From a virus (Duplodnaviria > Caudoviricetes): DNA of 32,123 nucleotides. Shown in pieces: positions 8,632 through 17,504 of this stretch; position 1 is the stretch's first letter; each line of letters begins with the position of its first letter. Under the pieces are notes generated by a model that saw only the letters and a list, made by a program, of their open reading frames with translations, searched no databases and was not told where the DNA came from. A program made the translations under genes and the position numbers. Location: positions 1 to 32,123 of the IMG/VR virus record IMGVR_UViG_3300021560_000048. One strand, given 5' to 3'.

Positions 8632-9084
8632 TTAGTTAACGCTATTGCGCGCATAATTGGTCATCCTCCTGGCTATCTTCTGAAATTCTCGCCAACGAAA
8701 CATCCGTGGCGCCTTCTGTGTCCGATTACCCCGATCCCAGATTACAACTGGGCGCCAACCGCCCCAACGGTCACAGAGTTCATCAAAAAGCAGCGCACTA
8801 GTCGCCTGGCTGTCGCTGACAAGCATCTCAATCATCACGAAATTTCCCAATGGCTCATGCACAAACGGCTCGAGAAATTGCTCCAGGCGCGAGAAAAATT
8901 TCACCGTGCAAACGCCTTTGCCCACTCCGTCCTCAATCCGATAACTGATTGTTCCCTTGTTCCAGAAATACGCCATCCAATCCAGAATCGCGTCTTTATC
9001 CCAATAAGAAAACTTCTCGGTTTGCCGGATCAACCCAAGCAGCTTGCGCATCGTCTCCAGATATTCGGGTGCGTGATTGTTCAT
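8632..9084 (-). CDS. Hypothetical protein, possibly GNAT-like virion assembly protein
   Basis: 150 aa alpha/beta ORF between nozzle and ejection genes, the slot occupied by acetyltransferase-fold genes in P22/T7-like phages. Function is positional inference. Confidence 0.5.
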   Translation of the reverse strand: MNNHAPEYLETMRKLLGLIRQTEKFSYWDKDAILDWMAYFWNKGTISYRIEDGVGKGVCTVKFFSRLEQFLEPFVHEPLGNFVMIEMLVSDSQATSALLFDELCDRWGGWRPVVIWDRGNRTQKAPRMFRWREFQKIARRMTNYARNSVN

Positions 9085-10625
9085 GTGGCCACCTGCGGCA
9101 TCGATTCAAAGGCGCTTGCCTTGATCTGATACAGGGTCCAGTTGCCGGTTCCCTCCAACTGAAACTGGATTTCGTTACAGATTCCGGTCTTCAGAAGCGC
9201 GATGACTCGGTTGACGTAGCCATCGGTATCCAGATCGAACGGAAAAGAGGCAATCGGTAAACTCAACAGATACGGAGTAGTGCTTAAATCCCGCTTGACG
9301 AGTTCCTGTTGCCGATCCGCAATCACGGTTACCGTGACCGGATCTTGACTGTCTAAAAACAAGAACCGGCCCGAATGCGGCCGGATCTGGGTCAGATCTG
9401 TGTTGAACGTGAAAGATTTGCTGGTCAGGCGCGAATCGTAATACTGTTTAGTGCTGTCGATATTCCGGTCGTAATACTGGCGTTCAAGCGGGTACGTGAA
9501 CCGGCTGACGATCCCGTCCCGTGTCGCTACCAAGAGAACCGAATAATTGATGTCGGTTCGGTCCCGGGCAAAGTCGCGCACCGCGACGTCACTCCCTCCA
9601 ATCTCAAAACACCACGTGCCTTGCCACTTTTTCAGCGGCACAGAGTAGATCAGCATGAAATTGTTAAAGGCCGAATTGTCCAGAGGCACGCTCAAGATGT
9701 AGAGCCGGTTCCAGAACGTCGCCCTGGCGTTATCGCAGGCTGCCCAGTTGATCCGGTCGATGTACCCCTGGATATCCAGACTGATCGGTAGCCAGACACC
9801 TTCCTGTTCACTGGTCGGCGCCTGGGAAAGCGCGTATACGCCACGGCCCGTTTCCGAAAGGAAATACACATCCGCCTCACACTGGACGATCGTCCCGTGC
9901 GAACGGCATCCGACTGTGGTGCTCATGCGCTGAATGCCCCAATCAGGTACATCTAGTCCGGGTCCAGTCTCGACCAGCCAAACGCTCCCGTTGCGAAACA
10001 CAGCAATCGCCTGATTTTGCCATAGGCATTGACCGGTGATCAGGTCCGTTGTGACCGGGTCGATCGTGACCGTGTTCGTCGTAATGAAAAAGACTTCCGG
10101 ATCGAGTACGTCGCTGACAATCAGACTGTTCTGCCAAACGTAGATCAGCCGGTTAATCGCCCAGATCGGATACAGCGCAGTTGGATACTGGCTGGGCAAA
10201 GTGACTGAACCAAACCCGACTGCCGGATCGTATTTGTCTAAGGTCGTACCCTGCGACATGTAAAGCTTGGTCTCTGCCAGGGCTGAGTAAACCTGGTTCC
10301 CCCCACCGTAAGCCGGACCGCCAGTCAACGTGCTCCAGACATGACTGCGGTTATCCCATTTGAACCAACTCGGGCCGTTATTGGCTATAAAGACGCCGTT
10401 ACCGACATGATGAATGGAATCAAGTCCTCCGCCGGCGTTCTGGGCCAAACGAATGATACCGGGCCGCGACCGGTTAAGACTGTCCAGTTGCGTCAGGCGG
10501 TTCTCGGCGTCCGCTGCCGTGCTACCGTCCAAAGCGCTCGGCGGCAGACTGTTGTTGACCCCGGCAATCGGCACACTGGTGTCGACCAGAATAACGTCGT
10601 CAAGCTGATCATTGAATAAAGGCAT
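9081..10625 (-). CDS. Tail nozzle / packaged-DNA stabilisation protein (P22 gp10 / T7 gp12-like)
   Basis: 514 aa, beta-rich. Motifs VGCRSHGTIVQ...VYFLS..GVY and PISLDIQ.YIDRIN resemble this class. Follows the adaptor gene. Confidence 0.75.
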   Translation of the reverse strand: MPLFNDQLDDVILVDTSVPIAGVNNSLPPSALDGSTAADAENRLTQLDSLNRSRPGIIRLAQNAGGGLDSIHHVGNGVFIANNGPSWFKWDNRSHVWSTLTGGPAYGGGNQVYSALAETKLYMSQGTTLDKYDPAVGFGSVTLPSQYPTALYPIWAINRLIYVWQNSLIVSDVLDPEVFFITTNTVTIDPVTTDLITGQCLWQNQAIAVFRNGSVWLVETGPGLDVPDWGIQRMSTTVGCRSHGTIVQCEADVYFLSETGRGVYALSQAPTSEQEGVWLPISLDIQGYIDRINWAACDNARATFWNRLYILSVPLDNSAFNNFMLIYSVPLKKWQGTWCFEIGGSDVAVRDFARDRTDINYSVLLVATRDGIVSRFTYPLERQYYDRNIDSTKQYYDSRLTSKSFTFNTDLTQIRPHSGRFLFLDSQDPVTVTVIADRQQELVKRDLSTTPYLLSLPIASFPFDLDTDGYVNRVIALLKTGICNEIQFQLEGTGNWTLYQIKASAFESMPQVAT

Positions 10626-11642
10626 TTACATTCCAAACGGGTTCCAGCTCGTCGGCCGATTCTGATACCACCCTCTGAGATAGTCGCCTGTCTCATACGT
10701 GACCGGCACGGCTTGCTGCGAAAATTCGCTCTGATTTTTCTCCACTTGAATGGCCGCTTTAACGTGTTGCATGGCGATCTGTTCCTCGGAATTAAACTTT
10801 TGTACCTGCCCCATCCGTTTCCACAAGGTGCCTGTGATAAAGCTGACCAAGGCGTCCCAGATATGGCTGATCCGCGGTACGCTATAGTCGTTGTCCAGAG
10901 CGTCGGGTTTAAGCTTGACCTGGGTCCGGATATAGGTCGTTAACGGAGAGCCATCTGGATTGGAGCCAATCGGCGGCGGTTCAAGCACCAACTGAGTGAA
11001 TACCAATCCCGTGGCGCTCGGCGGCATCACCAACGGACTCGTCGGCGCCTGCGCCTGAATCGTGACGGAAGAATCAGTAACATCTTTTGATAACGTAGTC
11101 ACCGCCGCGTAAGTGTGCGCGGTGCTCATCGTCACGTTCCCGGGCGGATTAGGCGGGTTCACCAGTCCTTGCAACACGAAGGATTCTGAGATCGGGAAAT
11201 TGTTCGCGTCACGACCGGCGATGTACAGAGTGAACGGGCTCGCGTTATTGGTCGTAAATGTGAACTTGCCAGGATTCGGGCACGGCCACGCCAAGTTTTC
11301 GGACCGGTAAAACCATGGCGTGTTCCCCGGCAGGTTAAAGGCCGGATAAGTAAATCGCTCGATCCAGTCACGTTCGCGATAATTCAGCCGGATATAATTA
11401 ATCCCGTCATAACTCATCGAAACGAAAATCACTTCCTCGGCGTCGTACGGAAGGAAGAAAACTCCGCCTAACGTCGGATCGATCAGCATCCCGTCCAGCA
11501 CCCGCATCGATTCGCGCCAGTTGTGACTGTCGTATAACGTCGCGTACTTGATCCGGATCGCCCGTCTGGCATAATCAAGCGCTTCACTGGAGATATCCCC
11601 GGTGGTTTCTGCAGCGAAGTTGATGATGTCTGAAACTGTCAC
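10626..11642 (-). CDS. Head-tail adaptor / tail tubular protein A-like
   Basis: Probable GTG start at 11642 (AAAGGAG RBS, GTGA overlap with upstream stop), 338 aa. N-terminal helices ending in HNW, C-terminal D..P.I...WDALV helices. Precedes the nozzle. Confidence 0.65.
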   Translation of the reverse strand: MTVSDIINFAAETTGDISSEALDYARRAIRIKYATLYDSHNWRESMRVLDGMLIDPTLGGVFFLPYDAEEVIFVSMSYDGINYIRLNYRERDWIERFTYPAFNLPGNTPWFYRSENLAWPCPNPGKFTFTTNNASPFTLYIAGRDANNFPISESFVLQGLVNPPNPPGNVTMSTAHTYAAVTTLSKDVTDSSVTIQAQAPTSPLVMPPSATGLVFTQLVLEPPPIGSNPDGSPLTTYIRTQVKLKPDALDNDYSVPRISHIWDALVSFITGTLWKRMGQVQKFNSEEQIAMQHVKAAIQVEKNQSEFSQQAVPVTYETGDYLRGWYQNRPTSWNPFGM

Positions 11643-12751
11643 ACGACTCCTTTCACGGTGAGAAATGAGTTGGCAATGTTGCCTGTCTGACAATAATATT
11701 TTAAGGCGTTCATCCGAACAGTTGCATTGTAAAACCAATACCCTTGCCACTTACTGTTAAATGCCGCCCCTGAATTTCTGCTGCCCATATCTGTTATACA
11801 GGTGGGAGCTTGCGTAGCAGAACCGGGGAAGATTGTAAGTTTAACCATAGTCGGCTGAGCTAAAGCGTTAATGCCCAAGCCCGCAATCCTGCCTGAGGTT
11901 CCTGTTTCAATGTCACTACTAGCAACCACAGTCCCGGATGAATTATAAATAATCTCATCGTAATAATTCGCGGCAGTGTACCAAGTAGATCCTCCATCTG
12001 AAGAAAATTGACCCAAGAGATTGTCTCCATTCGCTACCGGGGTAAAACCCATAAAGATCAGCTCATAGTATCGGTAACCAGCCGGAAGCAAAACGAAACT
12101 GCTAGCTGTAGAGGTCGTAATATCCTGCGTCCCTAAAATCACCTCACGTTTCAAACCGAAACTGCGCCAGTTGGTGCCGTCACACAGAATCGTGCACTCC
12201 TGTTGCGGCAGAAGTTTCAACGTGGCCGCTCCATCAATCGTCCCGGTCGGTGGCGTCACCGTAATCGTCCCAGTGGCGCCGCTGATCCCCATATCGTTTC
12301 TCAGTCGGTGAGCCAAACCATTGGCCGCTGCCGGCAAGGTCAACGTCCAACTGCCCCCAGAACAAATCAGCAGCTTGTTCGTATCGGCACTGGTCAGCGT
12401 CGTGGCCGTCGAGAGGCTCGTGAACGTGTTCAGAACATGGAACAGATTATCGCCCCCGCAATAGTCGCCAATGTTCCCACTGGTCTGGTGCAGCATCCCG
12501 CTCTGGCTGGTATTCGCCAAACTCAACTGCCCTGCCACACTGCTCGCCAATTGCGCTCCCGTGATCCGCGCGTACGTTCCGCCACTGGTTAGTTCCAGCA
12601 ACTGGTCGGTCGGGTTGAGCGCGCTCCCAGCCGGTTTATTGGCAATGAAATCGGTCTGGATCGTGGAATTGGCGATGATGTTGTTCATCTTGGTCGCCGT
12701 GATTCCCTTTTCCGAATCTGCGAAGATCTGCGTCGTTACGATGTCTGGCAT
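11639..12751 (-). CDS. Tail fibre/spike-like protein
   Basis: 370 aa, Thr/Ser/Gly-rich. TLTLPAAANGL...ITV...TIDG...DGTNW module common in phage fibres, plus a beta-sandwich-like C-terminal domain. Confidence 0.7.
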   Translation of the reverse strand: MPDIVTTQIFADSEKGITATKMNNIIANSTIQTDFIANKPAGSALNPTDQLLELTSGGTYARITGAQLASSVAGQLSLANTSQSGMLHQTSGNIGDYCGGDNLFHVLNTFTSLSTATTLTSADTNKLLICSGGSWTLTLPAAANGLAHRLRNDMGISGATGTITVTPPTGTIDGAATLKLLPQQECTILCDGTNWRSFGLKREVILGTQDITTSTASSFVLLPAGYRYYELIFMGFTPVANGDNLLGQFSSDGGSTWYTAANYYDEIIYNSSGTVVASSDIETGTSGRIAGLGINALAQPTMVKLTIFPGSATQAPTCITDMGSRNSGAAFNSKWQGYWFYNATVRMNALKYYCQTGNIANSFLTVKGVV

Positions 12752-12753
12752 GG

Positions 12754-13284
12754 CTAGAGAGCAAAGGTTAAAGAATCTAAATAGACATTCCCATTAGTGA
12801 CGCTCGGCCAAGAGAAGTTCTGGCGCACCATCGGGTAAATGTTGACCGCGCCACCGGTTGCGATCACCGCCTGAAACAGTTGCACATCCCCAGTCGAATC
12901 ATACCCCGCAAGCGAGCACCCACGCTGGACAGCCGGTCTTGCGCCACTAGGCAACGTGAATGCCAGACTCGCCGCACCGCTCGCATAAGCGATGATTCCC
13001 TCACAGAGCACCTTGGAAAAAGATCCGACAACTTGCACCCGATACCGGGCAGTGGTGTTTTCGCTCCACCCTGTCGAATAGCTCAAAGCTGTCCAAGTCC
13101 CAGGATCAGTCGCCGTGACGGTAACGTCGCCAGTGCCAGAATCCGCGCCTGTCGATGAAATCGTGATCCCAGCGCCCTGAACGATTTTTCTGATTACCGC
13201 TTGTCCGGCAGTGGTCACGTCCAGATCAGTTCTCTGGACTGAACCGTCCAAAACCTGCGTGCCTCTGACCTGCGTAATGGCCAT
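12754..13284 (-). CDS. Short tail fibre-like protein with receptor-binding-type head domain
   Basis: 176 aa. WTAL.Y..GW...RYR...V...G.I...FTLPSGARP...G.V.I...VYLD..TF pattern of fibre tip domains. Confidence 0.7.
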   Translation of the reverse strand: MAITQVRGTQVLDGSVQRTDLDVTTAGQAVIRKIVQGAGITISSTGADSGTGDVTVTATDPGTWTALSYSTGWSENTTARYRVQVVGSFSKVLCEGIIAYASGAASLAFTLPSGARPAVQRGCSLAGYDSTGDVQLFQAVIATGGAVNIYPMVRQNFSWPSVTNGNVYLDSLTFAL

Positions 13285-13646
13285 TATTTGAGGTGTCCGT
13301 TGAATGGCACATGGTTTTCACCAGCACCGTGTTGATTTTTCCAACGCTTTTTGCGCCCCATTTCTTTGGCGTTGTCATCACGAGTACCTAGATACAAATG
13401 CGCCGGATTAACGCATGAGGGCGTGTCGCATGTATGCAGAACGCACATTCCTGTCGGAACTGGTCCATTGAAAAGTTCCCAAGCAACGCGATTGGCGCGC
13501 ACCGGACCTTCCTTTCGTGTTCTTGCTATCTGTCCATAGCCACCGCTTGGAGTTAAACTGCCTCTCCATAACCAACACTCATCAGGGCCTTTAGCGATCA
13601 CCTTACGCCAAAAACGGCTTTCAATAGATGTGGGTGGCTTACTCAT
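13284..13646 (-). CDS. HNH homing endonuclease (HNH_3 type)
   Basis: RFWRKV...CWLW.G....GYG...A.RVAWEL.NGP+P.G..VLHTCD.P.CVNP.HL.LGT..DN motif. Confidence 0.93.
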   Translation of the reverse strand: MSKPPTSIESRFWRKVIAKGPDECWLWRGSLTPSGGYGQIARTRKEGPVRANRVAWELFNGPVPTGMCVLHTCDTPSCVNPAHLYLGTRDDNAKEMGRKKRWKNQHGAGENHVPFNGHLK

Positions 13647-14686
13647 TTACGGTAGTTAACCCTCAATTTGTCACCAGACTGAGGCACGTTTAACATCGTG
13701 ATTGTCGCTCCAGAAATTGTATAGTCCGCTCCCGCTCCCTGATCCTGCAAGATCCCGTTCAGATACACTTCCTCGGTGCCTGCTGTTGGCGTATTGGCCA
13801 AGGTAAAAGTGGCGTTGCTTCCATTGATCGTACCCGTCGGTGTTTCGCGTGTCACAAAATTTGCCGCGGTAAGATACGCCCCGGCAGCCTGGAAGACTCC
13901 GGATTTCACCCCAAGCTGGTTGGTCGTGATTGCCATCGTGGTGGCATCGATATTGACACCTATACCTGCGGCGACCGTGGTAATCGCTCTTGCTGGATCA
14001 ACCTTGACCAGCATGTTGTCGGCATTGACCGTCAACGAAGTGTCGGCCGTGACAACGTCGATCACTTGCCCGGTGCGAAGCAGTCCTGCACCAGCCGTGA
14101 TATCGGATGGGCCTGGGATCTGGACGAAGGTAATATTGGTCGTCCCAAGCGTTCCGCCGGCGTCTGCGGTCGAGAGCCAGATCGTGTCATGGTTGGCTGT
14201 GCCTTGCTGAACACTGACCAGCATGCCGGGCACCTCCGCCCAGGTATCCATCGCCGCCATGCGCGTCCAGGCGCCACTAGCCACTGTGTAGATACCGTTA
14301 GTAGGCTGCGAAGTCTGATCCTTGACTAAGCAAGTGTTGCCAACCGCCAGCGCAACCCCATCAATCGTCTGCGTGCCGCTTAAAGTGATATTAGCACCCG
14401 TGGTCGCCGCCATCACCGTCGTGGAAGACACGACTCCACCCGCAACGTTGGCCAGCACCCACGCCCTGGTCGCCGCATCCTGCGGGTTAACCGGATCAGT
14501 GACGTTGGTGATGGTGTGACTGCCCAGATTGAGCGACGCAGTCATCGCCACCGTGCCGTCGCTTTTCACGAACAACGCACCATCCTGTAATTTGCTGGTC
14601 TGAATTGCTGCCGCGGTGGCAATCTGCGCATCAGCAATCGTCAGGTTCTGGATCTGAGTCGTGCCGCGGATCTGGGTGGTAGCCAT
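13643..14686 (-). CDS. Tail/head fibre-like structural protein
   Basis: 347 aa. ITNVTDPVNPQDAATRAWV motif, ANITLSGTQTIDGV...LVKDQT...NGIY module, and C-terminal ETPTG.I.G.N..FTL...VYLNG..Q..DYT domain. Confidence 0.75.
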   Translation of the reverse strand: MATTQIRGTTQIQNLTIADAQIATAAAIQTSKLQDGALFVKSDGTVAMTASLNLGSHTITNVTDPVNPQDAATRAWVLANVAGGVVSSTTVMAATTGANITLSGTQTIDGVALAVGNTCLVKDQTSQPTNGIYTVASGAWTRMAAMDTWAEVPGMLVSVQQGTANHDTIWLSTADAGGTLGTTNITFVQIPGPSDITAGAGLLRTGQVIDVVTADTSLTVNADNMLVKVDPARAITTVAAGIGVNIDATTMAITTNQLGVKSGVFQAAGAYLTAANFVTRETPTGTINGSNATFTLANTPTAGTEEVYLNGILQDQGAGADYTISGATITMLNVPQSGDKLRVNYRK

Positions 14687-14689
14687 ATT

Positions 14690-15154
14690 TTATGGATGCA
14701 CGTAATCGATGCTCATCAAATCCCCAGCTAACGGCGCATTGACCATCGTAAACGTCGTGCTGGTCGTCTCGCTGTAATCATTGGTTCGCCGCTGACGCAC
14801 CCCGTTCAAGTACACAGCAATCGAACCTGAAACATACGCGCTGGCACTGGTATAAACCTTATTTGTCCCGTCAATCGCCCCAGTCGGTGTCTCGCCCCAG
14901 GTAATCACCGTGGTCGTTCCTCCACCGCCTGTTCCGCTCCCCACCGAACCAGCCGGAATTTTGGCATACGTCCCGTCCGCTTTAAGTAACAACAAATAAT
15001 CGCCCGCCCCGTATGAACCCACCGCCGGCTTATCCGCCACAAACGCCGGCTGGATCGTGGCGTGGGTAAAAGCCAGATTCAGTTTCTTGGCGTTGACCCC
15101 CGTCCGAAACGCCTGGTCAGTAAACTGAATATCGGTGGCAATTTCGTTGCTCAT
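14690..15154 (-). CDS. Fibre-associated structural protein
   Basis: 154 aa. N-terminal half resembles the start of 11639..12751; C-terminal half resembles the end of 13643..14686. Confidence 0.7.
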   Translation of the reverse strand: MSNEIATDIQFTDQAFRTGVNAKKLNLAFTHATIQPAFVADKPAVGSYGAGDYLLLLKADGTYAKIPAGSVGSGTGGGGTTTVITWGETPTGAIDGTNKVYTSASAYVSGSIAVYLNGVRQRRTNDYSETTSTTFTMVNAPLAGDLMSIDYVHP

Positions 15155-15696
15155 TTTAACGGCTCAATGCTCACACCTAAATGTTTCGCTAATCCGCGGT
15201 AAATCGCCTGCGCAATCCTTTCCTGATAAACCGCGGTCCCAAGCTTTTCTTCCGTGGCCGGATGACTGATAAATCCAATTTCAACTAAGCAACTGACAGC
15301 ATACGTCGCGTTCAGCACATGGAGGTCAGTCCGATGTTTGAGTCCGCGGTCACGGTCGCCAGTAGCGATAAGCAACTCGGTCTGGATCGGAGCCGCCAGC
15401 GCTTTGCCTTTCTCAGTCTTGTACAAGGTCTCGATCCCGACCGCACTCGGCCCGTCGCTGTTGCAGTGGATGCTGACAAAGTAGTCCGCACCCCAGTCGT
15501 TAGACGCCTCACATCGGGCACCCAAACTGACATAGGTCTCTTCCTTGCGCGTTAGTAAGCTCTGGATCTTGAACACCTCCAGAAGCGCCACCAGAAGCTT
15601 CGCAACCGAAAGATTAACGACACTTTCCTTTAATCCACTCGGCCCGACCGCACCCGGATCGCTCCCCCCGTGTCCCGCGTCGATTGCTGTTTTCAT
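15151..15696 (-). CDS. N-acetylmuramoyl-L-alanine amidase (Amidase_3), endolysin
   Basis: IDAGHGGSDPGA, KE..VNL, FVSIHCNS and LVEIGFISH motifs; Zn ligands and catalytic Glu present. Confidence 0.93.
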   Translation of the reverse strand: MKTAIDAGHGGSDPGAVGPSGLKESVVNLSVAKLLVALLEVFKIQSLLTRKEETYVSLGARCEASNDWGADYFVSIHCNSDGPSAVGIETLYKTEKGKALAAPIQTELLIATGDRDRGLKHRTDLHVLNATYAVSCLVEIGFISHPATEEKLGTAVYQERIAQAIYRGLAKHLGVSIEPLK

Positions 15697-15769
15697 TTCT
15701 TCGGTGTTGGGCTTGGCGTTGGGCTGACACTGAAAACGAATTTGCCTATTATGACCTGTTTCGGTATCG

Positions 15770-16111
15770 CTACGTTGGACTCAATCGTAGACCAGTGGGG
15801 GTTGCCGGCACCCCAATGGTGAAAGTAAAAGGGACGCTGGCCGGGCTTTCCTTCAGGTAACCATTAATAGCAGCAGCAGTAACAGTATAAGTTCCATTCT
15901 GAAGAGATCCGACATCAAAATGCAGAAACTGTGTGCCATCGGCGTTTATAGTCGCCTGCACATTGATCGGGCCAGCGCTAACTCCAGTCACAACAAACGT
16001 GGTCACGTTCAGTCCCATATCCGCATTGGTCGGATACGAGTCACAGACCAGAAACGGCGCGGCATCAGCGCAACTGGCCAAACCCAATAAAAGCAAAAGC
16101 ATTCTCTTCAT
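15770..16111 (-). CDS. Secreted protein/lipoprotein with fibronectin-III-like beta sandwich
   Basis: MKRMLLLLLGLASC signal with LASC lipobox (ADA signal-peptidase-I site also possible); L.NGTYTVTAAA.N...ES..S FN3-like pattern. Confidence 0.65.
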   Translation of the reverse strand: MKRMLLLLLGLASCADAAPFLVCDSYPTNADMGLNVTTFVVTGVSAGPINVQATINADGTQFLHFDVGSLQNGTYTVTAAAINGYLKESPASVPFTFTIGVPATPTGLRLSPT

Positions 16112-16446
16112 TGAGGCGCTCCTCTCTCTTGATCCAGGTTTTTCAGACGTTCCAAACGGACCGCAATCCGGTGGACTTCGGTTAAAAGCTTCGAATCGTT
16201 CTGCATCATCTGCTGCTGGTTATCGCCCGCCTGCCGTTGCCAGCGCTTAAAATCGTCAATCTCAGAATGAAGATCTCTCATCTGCCGCAAGCCTTCACGC
16301 TGTTCAGCCGTGATTTCCACGTTGCCAGTGTGCGTTCCTAATAGATTTACGCCACCTGAAGCGATAATCAGGGCTACCGTAGGCCAATTGAGCGCTCCTT
16401 TCCCATTACCAGTACTCGAAGATTCGGAGCTGCCGCTTGCGGTCAT
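16108..16446 (-). CDS. Membrane-anchored coiled-coil protein (holin or i-spanin-like)
   Basis: Hydrophobic segment LNWPTVALIIASGGVNLLG followed by a heptad-like region; lies in the lysis block. Start at ATG 16446 preferred. Confidence 0.5.
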   Translation of the reverse strand: MTASGSSESSSTGNGKGALNWPTVALIIASGGVNLLGTHTGNVEITAEQREGLRQMRDLHSEIDDFKRWQRQAGDNQQQMMQNDSKLLTEVHRIAVRLERLKNLDQERGAPQ

Positions 16447-16870
16447 GTTTAAACCCGTGTTGCTTGAACAACTCAATCACTGCGTCAAGCGTTTCCCCGT
16501 TCACAGCCGGACTCAACTCCCACGCTCCGCCGTACCAGAACAAGGATGGCCCCTCGCCCTCACCGAAACAGTAACATTTGACGAACCGGTTCAACCCGTG
16601 CGCCCGCCTGGCTTCAATACTCCAGCGCTTATTGATCTCCAGATAAACTCGCTCCAGCGCGCCTATCATCCGACGGTTGGCTCTGACCCGATGCAGGAAA
16701 ACGCCACTGAAATACTGGTGTTCCAAGTTCTCCGGCATCCGCAACGCCTTGATATTACGCCCTTCCCAGGCCGGTGTCGGCAATCCGTCCAGCCCGATGT
16801 CAAACGTGCCGTATACCGCTTCCATCTGGCGCACCAGGTCGCTGGGACCGGCTAACTCAACGTTCCTCAT
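16406..16870 (-). CDS. Peptidase M15-like protein lacking canonical Zn ligands
   Basis: Layout YG...WE..NI..L..P...L..V..EI...GL..F..CY...S...YG.A.EL.P..N...VI..F...GF...FE matches M15_4-type endolysins, but SxH and HFE/HFQ His residues are replaced. Confidence 0.65.
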   Translation of the reverse strand: MRNVELAGPSDLVRQMEAVYGTFDIGLDGLPTPAWEGRNIKALRMPENLEHQYFSGVFLHRVRANRRMIGALERVYLEINKRWSIEARRAHGLNRFVKCYCFGEGEGPSLFWYGGAWELSPAVNGETLDAVIELFKQHGFKHDRKRQLRIFEYW

Positions 16871-17021
16871 AAAGCTTCTTAATCACCTTTTTCGGTGCCA
16901 CCAGCTTCATCCGACTCCCGTCACGAATCTCTCTATTATAGTAGTGGCGAAGAATGGCGGCGGAATCTTCCTTTTTCCGTCGCTCATTCTCGCTGCGCTT
17001 ATCTCTGACAATGATCTGCAC
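16857..17021 (-). CDS. Hypothetical basic protein (54 aa)
   Basis: Hand-translated from GTG 17021 (MQIIVRDKRSENERRKKEDSAAILRHYYNRE...); fills the gap between its neighbours. Confidence 0.6.
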   Translation of the reverse strand: MQIIVRDKRSENERRKKEDSAAILRHYYNREIRDGSRMKLVAPKKVIKKLYEER

Positions 17022-17026
17022 TTTTC

Positions 17027-17503
17027 CTAGAAAGGCATCGCGCGCCCGCGGGCCGCTTTTTTTAAACGCGCGCCAAGAGCGGATGTCGTTTCACCAGTCG
17101 GCGTGACCAAACCGCCTAAAGGCGGCCTTACACCTTTGGATGTCAGCATCCGCGCCGCAGGCCGCGCCGGAGCTCCGCCTAGCGGCCGCCCAATCCCGTC
17201 CGCACCGCTTGCCGCACCGCTCGGTCCACCGCCGGCCCCAGGTGGCGCACTTTCCTGCCCTTCCTCCTGGCTTTCTTCTTCCGGGCTTTCAGCCGCCTCT
17301 TCACTGACCGGCTCGCCGTTAATCGCGTCAATCTCGATCGTGGCCGTTCCACCGCTCACGCTTTTGACCGTCGCGTCCACGCTGAAAGACACTTTATCGC
17401 CTTCCTCAGGTGGTACCCCGTCTTCCTGTAGCGCATTGACAGGTACATCAGCGCTGTACCCGCCCCCGGCTTTAGGACTGATCCCAATCGCTATCGTAGC
17501 CAT
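17027..17503 (-). CDS. Hypothetical protein downstream of capsid (small beta domain, acidic and Gly/Pro tail)
   Basis: 158 aa; ATG 1 nt after the capsid TAA. Confidence 0.7.
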   Translation of the reverse strand: MATIAIGISPKAGGGYSADVPVNALQEDGVPPEEGDKVSFSVDATVKSVSGGTATIEIDAINGEPVSEEAAESPEEESQEEGQESAPPGAGGGPSGAASGADGIGRPLGGAPARPAARMLTSKGVRPPLGGLVTPTGETTSALGARLKKAARGRAMPF

Positions 17504-17504
17504 A

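Noticed and set aside
15693-15800. Alternative-frame tail ...FVFSVSPTPSPTPKK after the lipoprotein gene
   Set aside because: No start codon and no clear slippery sequence supporting a frameshift extension.
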